A stretch of DNA of 64,000 nt from Fistulifera solaris. Its lineage: Eukaryota. Positions 11,198 to 24,475 of this stretch are shown piece by piece. Positions within the stretch are counted from its first letter, which is position 1. Every line of letters starts with the position of its first letter. The translations under genes were made by a program, and so were the position numbers. The notes beneath the pieces are model-generated. The model made no database searches, had not been told where the DNA came from, and saw only the letters and a program-made list of their open reading frames with translations. The stretch lies in the NCBI GenBank assembly GCA_030295235.1, contig AP026156.1:124001-188000 (forward strand). The letters are read 5' to 3'.

Positions 11198-11873
11198 TAT
11201 AACGATTAAGCTCTCTTTATTTTACGAAAATGAATGGTGAAAATGCCTCGTAGAAACAAAGCTAATGAAAAAATGGAAGAAACAATGGAGCAAGATGCCA
11301 ATGATGCAATGCGCAAAGAAATTTCTTGGCTCTTACCGTTCGCTATAGCCCAAAATGTAGAAGATCTTTCGTCACAATCACGACTAAGTACCAGTCATGA
11401 ATCTTGCAACTGTTGTTAAACATCCAATAATTTGCTCGCTCGGTAATCTATTTTGTTGCCATAACTCTAATAGCACCTTTATTATGCTAGTTTCGTACGC
11501 AGCATTTATCTTCATCATCTAATTACCGTTTGCAACATTTCCTGAGTGTTTATGTCGTTGCGCGACGAAGTCCTCCAATTCAATGACTGTAAATCGTGAA
11601 CAGCATCTTGTCGTACCGCTTTTCAACGGAGAAACATCTTCTTCTGTGAGTCGTGAGAATCGAGTCACAAAACATCAAAATAAAAAAATTCTCAACGGTC
11701 GCGACGAGATCGTCTGCTGGACATTCTCTTGCGTATGAATAAATGACCTGACACATCACATACATCATTCAAGTGATAGCGACGTATAACATTCAAGCAC
11801 ATCCTTTGCTTTGATTCAGTCGAAAGGGAGTCTCTCATTCTACAACACACCACTTCTACCGACCGCCACAATC

Positions 11874-12776
11874 ATGTCGAGATCCTCGAAATCGAAAAAC
11901 AAACGAGCCAAAAAGCAAGAAGCTCAACAACAACAAGAAGAGGCTGCCCAACAAGAAGAAGTCGTCGTTGTGGAGACTGTCGAAACCGTTGTCGAAACCA
12001 CCATCACGACCGTCGAAGAAAATGAACATAAAGAAGACGAACCAGTCGACAACAAAGAAGATATTGAGAATGCCGTTGATGAAAACCACAACGAGGAAGA
12101 GGAAGCATCTTCCAAAAAGCGCAGCGCCGAGGAAATGGAGGGTTTTGATTTAGGAAAAGTGGTTGGACAGATTGTCCATTCGGTAGGATCCTTCTTTCAA
12201 CAGTTCTGGGGAAGCCAACCAGCGGAACCGGCCGAAGGACCACCCTCGATCGATCAGACGTTTGCGATCCTGTTGTTGGGCGATGCAACGTTGGAATCGG
12301 CCTTGTGGGAAGTAGTCAACAAGGAGGGCCCTCTGCAGGAATTTAAAAAGGATTTGGCCTTCGAAACGCGGCACGGCGACACCACCACCGTGCACAGTGT
12401 CCGATTGCAGCTGTACCATGGCTTACAAAATCCCGAAGATGAAGAAGAAACATGGCCCACTCCTTTACCGTCCGTCGAGACCCTGGTATTGGTATTGCCC
12501 GACCCATCGTTGGTGGAAAAATGGATTCGTTGGATTCGTCCGCAGTTCCCGAACGAGGCGATTGTGTTATTGTTGACCGGTGCGCCACCGGAGAGTGATT
12601 GGCACTGCCAAGATGTCCAATCATGGCATTGTTTGTCGTCGTCGGAAAGTCCGCATCACGTGGCTTCGATGGATGATTTGTTGTATTCGTTGGTGGAGCG
12701 CCATTTCGTTGACGACGAGCCAGCGGCGAAGCGTAGAAAAGTGGATCCTGCGACTGTAGCAGACAATCAAGAATAA
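11874..12776 (+). CDS. Acidic N-terminal protein with a degenerate Rab/Ras-like fold
   Basis: 'FAILLLGDAT', 'VRLQLYHG', 'LVLVLPD', 'VEKWIRWI', 'IVLLLTG' follow small-GTPase strand/helix order but lack the G1/G3/G4 consensus. C-terminal NLS-like PAAKRRK. Confidence 0.55.
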   Translation: MSRSSKSKNKRAKKQEAQQQQEEAAQQEEVVVVETVETVVETTITTVEENEHKEDEPVDNKEDIENAVDENHNEEEEASSKKRSAEEMEGFDLGKVVGQIVHSVGSFFQQFWGSQPAEPAEGPPSIDQTFAILLLGDATLESALWEVVNKEGPLQEFKKDLAFETRHGDTTTVHSVRLQLYHGLQNPEDEEETWPTPLPSVETLVLVLPDPSLVEKWIRWIRPQFPNEAIVLLLTGAPPESDWHCQDVQSWHCLSSSESPHHVASMDDLLYSLVERHFVDDEPAAKRRKVDPATVADNQE

Positions 12777-13070
12777 TGATTAGCAATATAATAAAAAAAG
12801 TATTGGGGACGAGTTGCTCGAAGAGCTCGAGACAAGTTTTATTCTCTAATCAACCTAGTTTTCTCGTCATTCCCGCCGAAAAGGTGTTTCTACATTAATT
12901 GTTAAAATACGACTACTTTCAAATTAAACGTTTTCATTATGTTCTTGATTTAACACTAACAGTTAATAGTCACATTCTAGAGTCATTCCGTAAAACACGT
13001 TTCATCGGATCGATCGAGAGAGAGTCAACGCACCATAATTATGCCTCACCGTCGTGTAACACCCTTTCGT

Positions 13071-13669
13071 TTAGAAGCGGAAGTGGATGGATCCGTGTCC
13101 TGTCGACGAGATTATGCTAAATGGCCCACGTCGACGCGCACGGTAGATGAAAAAAGGCCATCGCCGCCAAGCCTACCGCCAACAATGAGCCAATCAAGGT
13201 TGCGCGGTGATTCTTCTTCTTGCTTTCCTTCGTTTTCACTTGCAACTGACTTTCCTCGGTTGAAGTGAGTTTGACGGAAATGGTTGGCTGCTCGGATGGG
13301 TTATCTGTGGGACTCTTGGACGGAGCGGCAGTGCTACCGATCGAAGGGGCATGTGAGAAAATGGGGGTCCCAGAGGTGCTCACCTGAATGGTGGGAGCTG
13401 GTGTTGGCGCTCTTGGAACAGCCGGCGAAAGATCCATCCTATAATCCATCGACATGGAAAAGCTCATGCTCGCACCAAAGTTGCTCGCCAAGAAACGAAA
13501 GACGTTTCGCCCATCTTCCCTCATTCAACAGCGACTCGAAGCTGTTGACGGAGTTCTTCTCCGCCGAAAATTGATTATCACCAGTATCAATACGAAACAG
13601 CCGACGGCCTTCGGAGGGTACTGCCGCCAACAAGACGATGGATGCCAGAGTGGTGATTCGCTTGAACAT
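13071..13669 (-). CDS. Type-I membrane protein: signal peptide, RXL motifs, SMSM motif, P/T/S-rich stalk, TM, short tail; indels near 13520 and 13153
   Basis: MFKRITTLASIVLLAAVPSEGRRL...FRFLASNFGASMSFSMSM...APTPAPT...TLIGSLLAVGLAAMAFF|IYRARRRG...FRF* after two 1-nt corrections. Confidence 0.6.
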
Positions 13670-13945
13670 GATAAGATAGGTGCGTGATTATTTGAGCAGA
13701 GGCGCTCTCTGGCAACTTTTGTGGGAGAAGAAATAGGATAGTTTCTCTCCTTTCGCACATAGCGACTCCCTCCATTTAACGGAAATATATAATCACCGTG
13801 TCGTGACTTTGTGTTGAAGATAGCCGACGAGATTTATCACCTTCCATCCCAATATCCACTACCGCGACGGACGAAACCGACCTCAACAATTATGCCCGCT
13901 CCTTCGCGGCTGCTCGCCGGCCACTTCACTTTTGTTTCAGATAAT

Positions 13946-14764
13946 TTAGTCTCGTGATATTCCATCCTTTGTTCCGTCCGAAACAAACATCACATCCGAT
14001 CGAATCACATACTTGGGCCGAAGACCGGAACGCACCGGTGAACCTTCGTGTAAGGGCCAATGCAAGCGAGCATAATCTAATTCCTCTTCTCCGACGGCTT
14101 GCGGAAACACCAAACACGATCCCGCTTCCGGACGCACCGAGGCGAGGATTTCCCCTTGTGGCGCATAAAAATTGGTCTCTCCGCCCACAAAATCGTCATT
14201 GAGATAGATCAGTAACGTCAAACGAGAAACAATCGTTCCAGTGGAAATATCCCAAATCAATTCACGTCCATTGTGTCCCGAAGGAGGAAAGGCCGCATCA
14301 ATGTGCGGTGCAAAATGCTGTGAAGTGCCGGCGGCGTAGCGATACACCCGCCAGCGGCGATTGATGCCGACCCCACCGCAGAAGGGTCGCAACGCGTCAT
14401 GGAGAATGTGACACGTATCGTCCGGCACGACAATCTGTAAGGCTCCGTGGTGATTTTTACCGGCTTGAAAGGAACCAAAACCGAGTATGGCTTCAAACTC
14501 GGTAATGAGAGTCTCACACACCGGTCGCGTCAAAAGGGAATGCAAGGTAAACGCGGGACCTTGTTGCAACAGGGGTTCAAGATTTTCTTTGAATTGCGGT
14601 GACGAGGATTGTATGAAAGGCAACGAAGAACACGCAAAGGTAGGAACCGACATGGCGGACACGAAACCATCTTGACCGACCAGAGGAACGATATCGCCCA
14701 GGGTCGTCGATTTGGGTTGCAGGGCTTCTGCTGCGACGAGAGCCAAAAGTAACGCTCTATACAT
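13946..14764 (-). CDS. 2OG-Fe(II) oxygenase, prolyl 4-hydroxylase-like, with signal peptide
   Basis: 'RVYRY...FAPHID', 'LTLLIYLNDDFVGGETNF', 'HEGSPV...KYVIRSDV'. N-terminus MYRALLLALVAAEA. Confidence 0.85.
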   Translation of the reverse strand: MYRALLLALVAAEALQPKSTTLGDIVPLVGQDGFVSAMSVPTFACSSLPFIQSSSPQFKENLEPLLQQGPAFTLHSLLTRPVCETLITEFEAILGFGSFQAGKNHHGALQIVVPDDTCHILHDALRPFCGGVGINRRWRVYRYAAGTSQHFAPHIDAAFPPSGHNGRELIWDISTGTIVSRLTLLIYLNDDFVGGETNFYAPQGEILASVRPEAGSCLVFPQAVGEEELDYARLHWPLHEGSPVRSGLRPKYVIRSDVMFVSDGTKDGISRD

Positions 14765-15160
14765 CTTTTTGAGTGAATTGATCATTGCCTGCACGACAAT
14801 TACAAAATTAAATATCGAAAGATTATTGATGCAAGATGCAACTTCATTGCGAACCGTTGTTGTTGTGTTGCTTTTTATTTTTCTCCATTCCAAAAGCACG
14901 TCAGTTCCCTGCAAATTATAATTTGCCAAATTGTTCGTTTGTTTGCAATTATTCGTTTTCAAAAAATGAATTTGGATCTTTTTATCAGCGATTATTTTCT
15001 TTACTTATTTTTTTAAAATAAAAACATACTTTAATCCTTCATTTACTCGTTTATGAACGAGGAGGAGTCGAGAGCTGAAAGCTTAGAGTAAAGAGTAAAC
15101 TAGGTCTCTGGTTTCAGAGTGATAAGAATATCCGTAATAGACTATCTAGATCATTTGTTC

Positions 15161-18100
15161 CTACCCTTGTAGAGCCAACAAATCAACGGCCTGATTCTGC
15201 AAAGTCTTCGTTAATACTGCAGAAGGACCCGATAGATGACGGAAGATATCTTCACTGAAACACAAAAAGTCTTTCAAAGACTGACCGTCATCGAGACACA
15301 GAAACATGCCTTTGGCCACCGAAAACAGACGCTCCAAGGTAGAGAGCACGTCGTTGCTCGAAAAAAGGTCCGAGTCTTTGGCGGAAGTCAAGTCTTTCGA
15401 AAGATGGGATAACAAAGGAGGAAGAAGACGTATTTTGGAAATGCTCTGATAAAGTGTCGTATCACGAAAGCGTTCCAAAAAGTCCAGAAGCGTTTCTGAA
15501 GCCAAAAGCAAAGTACGAGGCAATTGGATTCGAGCCATTTCCTGAAGCAGTATCTCCACAAAACTGGGGTCTGTTTCGGCATCATGCAGACTCATCTGTA
15601 GCAGAAGCAACAGAAATCTACCACTTGTGCGCATGCCGCGATGATGCCTCCAAAGTGTGCGTGCATAGGACAAGTAATGCATAGAGCTCAATCTTCCTAG
15701 ATCATCGTGGGGAAGTGGGAGACCCATCTCTTCAATTTCTTTGGAAACGAATGCGCCGTACGTACAATCCCGAAGAAGACAGGAAGACGACAGGTGACTT
15801 AGTAGACCATCGGACCGAACGACCTTCTCCAAAGCTTCTTGGGGACAAAGAACAGCTGCTGCTCGCAATGCGCGATGTCGCATCGCAAAAGTAGCCGCCT
15901 TGGGATTTGTTTCGACAACGTTTAGTTCTTTTGAAACCATTGAGTGGGATGATCCAGCGGCAAAAGCAACGCGTAAGAGTTCGCGGCTCATGTTCATTAT
16001 GTGCTCTTCGCTACGAGACTCATGCGAAGTATCAATTTTGCGTAACAGCCCTTTCTTTAATGGGCGGAGAGCACTTCCCTTGGTAGCAATTCCAGCGTTT
16101 TTCTTTGTCGTTACACTCATCGTCGCGTATCTCCTGATGAGCCAGGACAAAGGCAATTCTGAGTGCTGCGCGTTGGCTCGCGTATTCCGATTTTTCACGA
16201 GGTGAACACGACTTGATTGCAAATGGTTCATCTTCCGTGTTCAGCTGACCGAAACGATCTGACCCAAGACTTTCAGCCCAATCATCTGTAGTTTGTAAAT
16301 CTGTTAAATCCATAACAAATGATGCATCTTCATTTGCACCGTGATCTTTACAGGAATCTTGGTCGTCGGCTCAACTGTAAAGCTGGCATTAGCATTGTCG
16401 TCGCCGTGCATCAACCACTTTGTCGCCAGTCTATGGGAATGCTGAGTGATAATTATATGTGAGTGATGTTCCGCAACTGCACTACATGCGCTATGTACAA
16501 CTGAGCTCAAGTGTCGAACTTGCTCAGCTGGGACGCCATTATCAAGCGTCGCAACAGCCGCGACGAGAGATCCTTCCTCCAACAGGGACTCTATTAATTG
16601 CTCTGGGCTTTCTTTGGGATGGTCTCCAAGAATGTCGATCAGTTGCTGTATGTTTTCGCTCATGGTTACTGTTGCCGAGGATAGGGCCGCCGTCAAGATT
16701 GCTTTGGCTTTTAAGTGATCTGAAAGAGCGTCTTTCATGACTGATAATTGTTTGATTTTTTCCAAGAACATATTTTCAAGATTCTTCAGGTGATCAGTCT
16801 TCTTGCCAGTTTGAAGGCACCGCTCAATTTCCGTAGAGGCAATCAAAACTGACTGCAAAGCAAGCTCAAGACATTTCAAACGATCGGAATTGTTTTGATA
16901 GTGGTTCGAGCACCATTCAGCAAGCTCAGCTTTGTCTTTTGAAGATCGAAGACGGTCCAAAACTGGAACGATGTCGTTCTCGAAAGACGGAAAAGATCCT
17001 CTTGTGGCTTTTGCATCTGTGAATCGAACAACTAAGAATCTCGCGTGAATATAGCCCGATGGAAATCCCAAAGGAATACACAGTGGCGCAAGAGCTGTCG
17101 CCGTGCCGCTTTCAGGGTACTCGCGAAGAGCTTGTTCAAGTGGAGCAATGGGATCAAAAGTGTCATTGGTAGTTTTCTGTCCAGTAATGGAACATAATCT
17201 GACTTTGCTTTGAACCGCAGATAAGGTTTCCTCTAGCGGATGGAAGAATGCAGTAAAGCAAGGGCGCATGGATTCTTTATCTCCTTGGAAAAACGAAGAT
17301 AATACAGCGAGAACATCTCGCCGCCGAACGATCAGATCAAGCTCATATTCAAGCCAACCCTTATCGTGTTCCTCGAATTTGGAAGACTTGATGAGGTCTG
17401 CTAGACTCTCATTATAGAGCGTCAGTATAAGATCGAGTTGATCGTAGTTCCTGGTCTGGTGCTTCTCGATGGCTAATACACATCGACGAAGGACAACAGC
17501 ACGGACGCTCTGCGAAGTGATACAATTCAATGAAGAGCGAGCGACTTCTTCGAGGGCGTTGATATTCTGGTAGGCATACTTGGAGAATGTCGGAGACAAC
17601 AACAGCTCCAAATGCTTTTCAAAAACGAGATTGTCTGGGAGGCCGAACGCATGAGCAAATTTTCGAGATAAGGTCGTAACATCCGATGGACAGAGCGACT
17701 TGGAAAAAGCTTCAATAAGTGTCGGTATGAGTGACTTGGCGTACTGAAATGATTGCGAAACGTTTCCTTTGCATAAATTACCAGACGCATCAATATCAAG
17801 GCGCTGCGCATCGAATCGAACTCCATGGCGTTCTAGAACAATTGACCACATGGCCCTCTTTGCAAACTGTGCACATTGAGTTAGGAAAACATCTTGTCCC
17901 TTCCAGCCGATAGGCAGAACGCTGCTGCCGTAAGCGTTTGTGAAACCACTTGCCGCACAAATGCCAACGTTGGCTAGATCGCGCAGCCGATTAAAACTAT
18001 GTGTCTTGACTGCCGTTGGAAGACAAGCCTTAAATGCCTTGAAAGCAAGTTTTGATGGAAGCGCCAGAAGGAATGATACTGCGAGCTCGGAATCGATCTT

Positions 18101-21100
18101 GGCATTTGTGATTCCTTTTCCGCCACCTCCAAGACAACGCTCAGTTAATGAGAAGCTGGCACTTCCAAATCCATCAAGAACGGATTCAGTACTCAAATTG
18201 TGATCTGCATTGCACGATAGCGGCACACAGACGGAGGCCCACATACACAAAGCCCGAAGTGATAGAAAGTGCGCCCCTCTTTCGGAAAGCACCTCAAACA
18301 ATTCAGCCGTGCTATTGTCTTTTTCATCTGTAAAAAGAATGGCTTTGGAGAATACAAGCGCCTGGTGGAGTGCAAGGCTTGGCGGCAGAAGTAGCCCGTC
18401 GCCAATGTACCAGGACGGGTGGAGCAAAGGTAAGCACAAGGATGATGACGGCGTTTGTTTGATATAAAGAGCATCATCTTCTGTTGGGCGAGATTGCCAT
18501 GCTTTCATTTGAAGCACACGCTGCAGGCGGTCTTGTTGCTCGCCGATTCCTTCGTCTGCTCTGGTAAGAATCTGTGAAACAAAGTCGAGAATAGCAAACA
18601 GATTGACAATAGCTGCCAAATTCGAATCGACGTGAAACAAAAGTGCTCGGTCGCGAACAAGCGAAGCTGCAATATTGATCTTCTCCATGCCATTGGCAGG
18701 TTCGTCATCAGCATCAAGCATCGCTGCTTTGCAAAATGCTACTGCTAGCGTAATCTGTCCAAAAGCAGCATTCGTCGAACAGGACAAAAGGCCCACGTCT
18801 TCGAGAAGTCTCATAATTTTCAAGCTGCTTCTCTTAGTTTCACCGCACAACACGACTGAAACTGCTTTGAGCCATATGACATCCCCAACGGTGCTATCTT
18901 CAGCGCAAAGTAGCAAACACGCCCGCTTAACACCTGCTAAATTTGTGCTGAAGCAAGATGTGTGAAAGTCGAGGGACAAGTTTTGTCGCAAAAGTCGACA
19001 TGTTTGATCAAAGGCAAAAGTATGACTGCGAAGCTTCGAAAGACTTGCGCGGACGCCGTGGTCTTCATCGAGTCGCAAAATGCATAAAAAATCTCGCCGA
19101 ATCTTTTCCACAGAGGGTGATGCCCAGAAGCTGCTAACCTCTTCCATAGCATCGAGGTCCAGCCGATCAAAGTGGTCAAGGGCGCAGTCTAACATGCTCA
19201 AAATGTGGCCGAGAACGTGTTGCCTGTCATAATTCCGTTCTTCGTCATCGCAACTCAAAACCTCCTCAGCATATGACAGCGTTTTTGTGAGGGCCGCTTG
19301 CGCGCTTGCTTTGTTATATGCAATGAGTTGCAACAGTAAATCAGTGATCAGACCATCATTGTGATGAAGCAATGCGTGCTTTAGAATTGAGGCGCCTGCG
19401 TCAACCTCGGACAACTGATGAAATGCCTCGCACAAAGCCAGAGAGTCTTTGACGACCGATGGTCGCTCTATGTGATTGGTCACAAATCGGAAAAGTCGAA
19501 TGGCGTGGAGAGAATTATCAACTCTGAAAAGTTGGCGGGCCCCAGCGCCACAATACTTTACCACAATCTGGTCGATTGTAAGAAGTCTTGATGCTTCTTC
19601 CAGTTCCGACTGCATCTTGGAGTCAGATGCCGCCCAGAAAATAGCTTCTTTAGAGAAGTTACTTAGCCACTCGGGAGAGTCACCGCATCGAAGGGCGGCT
19701 CGAATGACTGAAAGAGCAATTTGACATCGTGTACGAATCGATGAACAGCACCGTGCCAAAGAAGCGGCCTCCTCTAGCGCGCTGGCTGAAATTGTACTTT
19801 TCGCACTCAAGAAATCTTCACAGCATGTAAAAATAGCGCGTTCTTTATCTGCATTGAATTCACGACACAGCGGCTCAATCCTCTCTGTTAGCATCTCAAG
19901 CCGGGCGTGATGGTCTGGAGCTTCTTTCGACATGGTCCGAACTAGCTCTGTGACAACATATTGTGCTCCTCCACGAGACACAAAATTCCGGAGCGAAACA
20001 AGAGAATGCCGCAATCCATGTTTCCGGGCATCAACAAGGCATCGCGCACCGTGTAATTTGATCTCTATGTTATCCTCGATGCCGTCATACTCTTCAAACG
20101 ATCGCGGAAAATGGTTGGGCTTCTTCGATGCCCCCCTACGCAACGCGCCCAGTTCAAGGATTGTAGGGACAGGCTTTCCAGCCAACGATACGTCGTAACT
20201 TTTTGATTTGTCGCGTCTTGGAGAACTATCCGACGACGATGTGTTCAAGCTTCCGCGAGAAATGTCCAAGGAAGATGACTGTTCTTTACCCCGAGGTGAA
20301 GCGCGTTCACTTTCGATAGTCGCAACAAAGGGACTGCGTCTCGAAAACGAGGCATGGGTTTCGCGCGAGAGATGTCGAGTAGCTTGTTCGATGCACTGCA
20401 AAAAGTTTTTGTGAGAGGCTGTACTTGATTCTCTGCAAACAATAAATCAAACAAAACGTACCGATAGTAAATTGATGGCTGCTTGTATATCACAATCGGG
20501 CTGGTGAGTTTCGTCGAGCTGGTCGGCAATGGCGCACGACCAAGCAAGGATCATCGCGAACCATTCCCCATTAATTGTCAATTTGGGCAAAATCAAGTCA
20601 CGAAGCATGGGAATGTACAAATGCGGCGGAACTGTTCCGTCCATCTTCAATATGGAACGTACAATATCGTCCATCGGCAGTAATCCCCAACGACATACTT
20701 TGCTAGCTTCCAAAAATCGTCGTTCTTCGATCAGTGTCGAAAACAGCTGGCGCGTCGATTGGATCTCCGAAAAACGGCGTTGCAAACCAATCGATTCTCC
20801 GCCAATGCGATCCAGCGTTTGCAATGCCGTCAGTTTGGACTGCAAGGCATCCAACCGGGCCTTATCATCGACGTTCATTTCTTCCAGATACTTCGTAAGC
20901 GCCGATAAGCCGGCCATCATATCCGCAAGACTACAGTGGGCGGACGAATTCAACAAGGCGTCGACGGCATCCATCAATATTTCTTTTCCGCTGGGATGAT
21001 GTCTCGCTCCTTCCGCCATGTTGTGCAGTAGTATGGCCGCTTCGTCCGGTTGCGAACCGTGCTGGAGCCATTGTCGCAGACGATGTAGGGCGATTTCGGT

Positions 21101-22216
21101 CGGGTAAAAATGCGCATACGGATCTTGAATCGCCATCCTGACCAGCTGCGAATCCTCGGCTTGTAGAAAGGCTTCCGCCGCGTCGTTTTGCTGTTGCGCC
21201 AAATACCATCGCGTTTCACTGACAATGCGACTGGTATCCAAATGCGGTACAAAGGCTTGGTAATGACAATCGCGGACACTTGACCAAAATTTGATGCGAA
21301 AGGCTCCTTTTTCGTCGTCAATGGGCGACAACGTGACCGAAACCGCTTCGGGAATGGGAATCCGATACAGGACGTGCGGATGCAGTAACTGCAACAATCC
21401 CATCGTGTCTTCGACGATCACCTGGACTACCGTCAAACCACTGGTGGACGCCGTCTTCTCCGCCAAGGCCAATGCCACAGTTCCCTCTTTCAAGGGAGTG
21501 ACGGGCGTGATGGCGAGTAATCGCGACGCGATTGGATATTGACACACGAGTTGTTTTGTCACCACATCAATCCAAAGGACGGCACTTTCCGTTTCGTTCG
21601 AGGCACCACACACCAAAAACATGCGGTCTCCGACCACTTGCGGATGCCACCCGACTTCGGGGTCGACATACCATTCCGCTAAAATGGCCGATTCGGCGTC
21701 TTCCCAAACACCGTCCCTCCAGTCGCGGGCGTACAAGAGGCCGTCCCTAAGTCCGATAAAGCGGAGTTTGTTGTCGAGAGCAAATGCCGTGACATCACTC
21801 AAATGCGGCAATTCTACTGTTTGAATGTGTAGTCGTTCTTCTGACAACAAGGCCTCGAAATGAGAAATGAGCATGCATTGGGAGGGAAATTCGAGCAACA
21901 ATAATTGATGCGATGATATCCACGCGAACGATGTCAAATCTTCCGGAATCGGTTGTGATAATAACAAGACACCGTCTCGAATCACAGACACGGATCGTTC
22001 CGTCGCAGCCACAACCCAGTCATTTTGACTGGTGACACTGTGGACGGCTTCTTCCAACTGCGTGGACCACGTGAAAGTAAAGGGAGGAACGATGCCGGAA
22101 ACGGTGGATCCGTGCGCGACCGCATGACGACACAAACCTCTTCGATCCAAAAACGTGGGCTCGTCGGGAGACGGTATCGTGTACAATTGTGTCGTCGTCT
22201 CTTCGTTGGTTGACAT
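15161..22216 (-). CDS. KNTC1: Kinetochore protein ROD/KNTC1-like (~2300 aa); intron 20396-20461; indels near 16350 and 16100
   Basis: N-terminal beta-rich region, long alpha-solenoid, and a C-terminal Rod_C-like segment 'YARTLWRHH...LLQMSL...FVEILLQEM...LPRTLL'. Four ORF pieces join into one reading frame. Confidence 0.65.
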
Positions 22217-22848
22217 GTTGGTTGTTGTATGGAAAGTGAGATGAGGATAAAAACAAGAATGAAGGAGAGGTGTGGTTCTGTTGATGTTGGGGTGCGAGAC
22301 GTTCCGGCACTCCCAGCAATGCCGATAAGCGTGTCGCACTCGCACTCTCCCTCTTCGATTTCAAAGTTGTACTGTCGAGTGATAGTCAATTTTCCGCGGG
22401 AGTCGTTCCATCTTCGTATCTGAACATGAATATAACAATTTACTTAGTAGACAACGGTAATTTGGAATACAGCGGTACCATACAACGTCCGATGACTGGA
22501 ATGTCGTCGCGTACGGACGTTTACTTGAACGGATGGTTGGCCAGATTTGCTTAGTACTCACTTTTAGAAAAAGATCGCTTCACCGACGGTCTGTGGTGCC
22601 AAACGGGTGGGAGCGGAGCTGGTGCTTATTGTGGAACGCAATTTCCACGCACGCCGGTACTTTCGGTATAGCTCTCTGTGTGCAGTTTGAAACTCAAAAC
22701 CGATCCAAAGCGGACTCGTTTTTCCTTTGCGACGACGTAACCCTACGGACGGCGATGAGTGTGCTAACACGTTGAGACGATGAATAACAACATGGGAATG
22801 TCGACTTTATTATTTCTATAACTATTGTAAATTCAAAAACACATTACC

Positions 22849-24153
22849 ATGAGCCGTGAAACATCATCGAATGCACCCAATCATAACCTTCCTCCTCCGT
22901 ATCATCCTCATCATCATCTCCCCGGGCCGCCGCCGCCTGCACGGGGCCATGTTTTATCCTTACCCATACGCACCTCCCCCTTTAACGGCACCGTCTCCGG
23001 CCCGAGACGACGATCGCATGCCACCTCCTCCGTATCCATCACCTCCCCGACATGCGTATCCTTCACCGCCGCGGCATTCCTATCCGGCTCATCCAGCGGA
23101 ATCGAAGTCAAAAGACTCTTCTCCTCATCGACTCAAGGAATCATCATCATCTTCCCTCTATCCTCCCGAACATTATCCACCGACCGAAGGATATCCACCA
23201 CCACATCGTCCGTACGGTGATGGCTGGCCTTACAGTGCGTATCCTCCGCCCCGCGACACCGCCTCCTACTGGCCGCCGCCCTATCCGTACCCGTGGCGAG
23301 GTGATTCCTCGTCGCATCGACCACCACCACCACCCAAGGAGCCCAAAAAAGAAGGCGCCACCTCACCGACCCAAATTGAAACGACGCATCGGGATGAAGT
23401 CCAACATATGGGTTGTACGTGCAAAAAGACCCGTTGCTTAAAACTGTATTGTCAATGCTTTCAAGCCGAATTGTATTGTGGGTCCAATTGTCGCTGTTTG
23501 AATTGCTACAATGTCGTGGCGGAAGACGCCAAGCGCAAAGAAGCCATTCAAAGTATCTTGTTGCGGAATCCGTCGGCCTTTGATTCGAAATTCAAAAAGA
23601 CGCGGCCACCGAGCGAGCCGCCCGGGAATTGGCCCACAAATTGGGATGCAAGTGTCGCAAATCGTCTTGCATGAAAAAGGTGGGTTTATGTGAAACTACT
23701 GCTTTTTATTCATTCATTCATTCACTCACCGCCTCTCCATAGTATTGTGAATGCTACGCCGGAAATGTCAAATGCAGTGCAAATTGCCGTTGCATCAATT
23801 GTAAAAACAGGGGTACGGGTGGCAACACCGGCAAAGGACCTCCTCCTCCCTTCCACGCCGTACCTTCCACCGCCGGCCCGTTTGTCACCGGTCCCCCGGC
23901 ACGATCGGGAGAACAGTGTGCAGCCCAAAACTTGGCCTTCCTGAAACGCGGTTCGCCGCCCAAGAAGAAGAACGATCTAACGTCCATGCCATCCTTGGCT
24001 TCGTCTTCGGAAGGCACCAGTCCCGGAGAGGAACGCTGGGTGAAACGCCCCAAATTGCCCGACGAAGATGGGAATGCCTTGCTCTGGGCGGCCGCCCGGG
24101 CCATGACGGAATTCGGTCAATCATCGTCGCCGCGGACGAAACGAACTTTATGA
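22849..24153 (+). CDS. Tesmin/TSO1/LIN54-like CRC (CXC-RNP-CXC) DNA-binding protein; intron 23680-23742; indels near 22945 and 23625
   Basis: CTCKKTRCLKLYCQCF...RNPSAFDSK...HKLGCKCRKSSCMKK|YCECYAGNVKCSANCRCINCKN. Confidence 0.9.
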
Positions 24154-24475
24154 AAGATAGTATTATTATAATAGAATTTTCTTATTTCATGAATCAGGGC
24201 TCTTTTTATAAACCGGAGGTCCGGCTCGATCCCGAGAATAATACGGCTGTACTATTATTATCCCTAGTCGAACCAGCCTAGCTAGTAAACGGTGTGACAT
24301 TTGCTTGTCGTAGTGAATGCCGTCAGAGTACTTTTTGATGTCGAGTGATTTGGTTGACACCGGCGCTCGACTGACGTGGGGGCTTTTGAGAAAAGAAAGG
24401 CAAAACACTCGATAGATCCACCATGCTGCAACGTTGAAAGCGATCCGGTCGCTTATAACAAAAATAAACAACACG

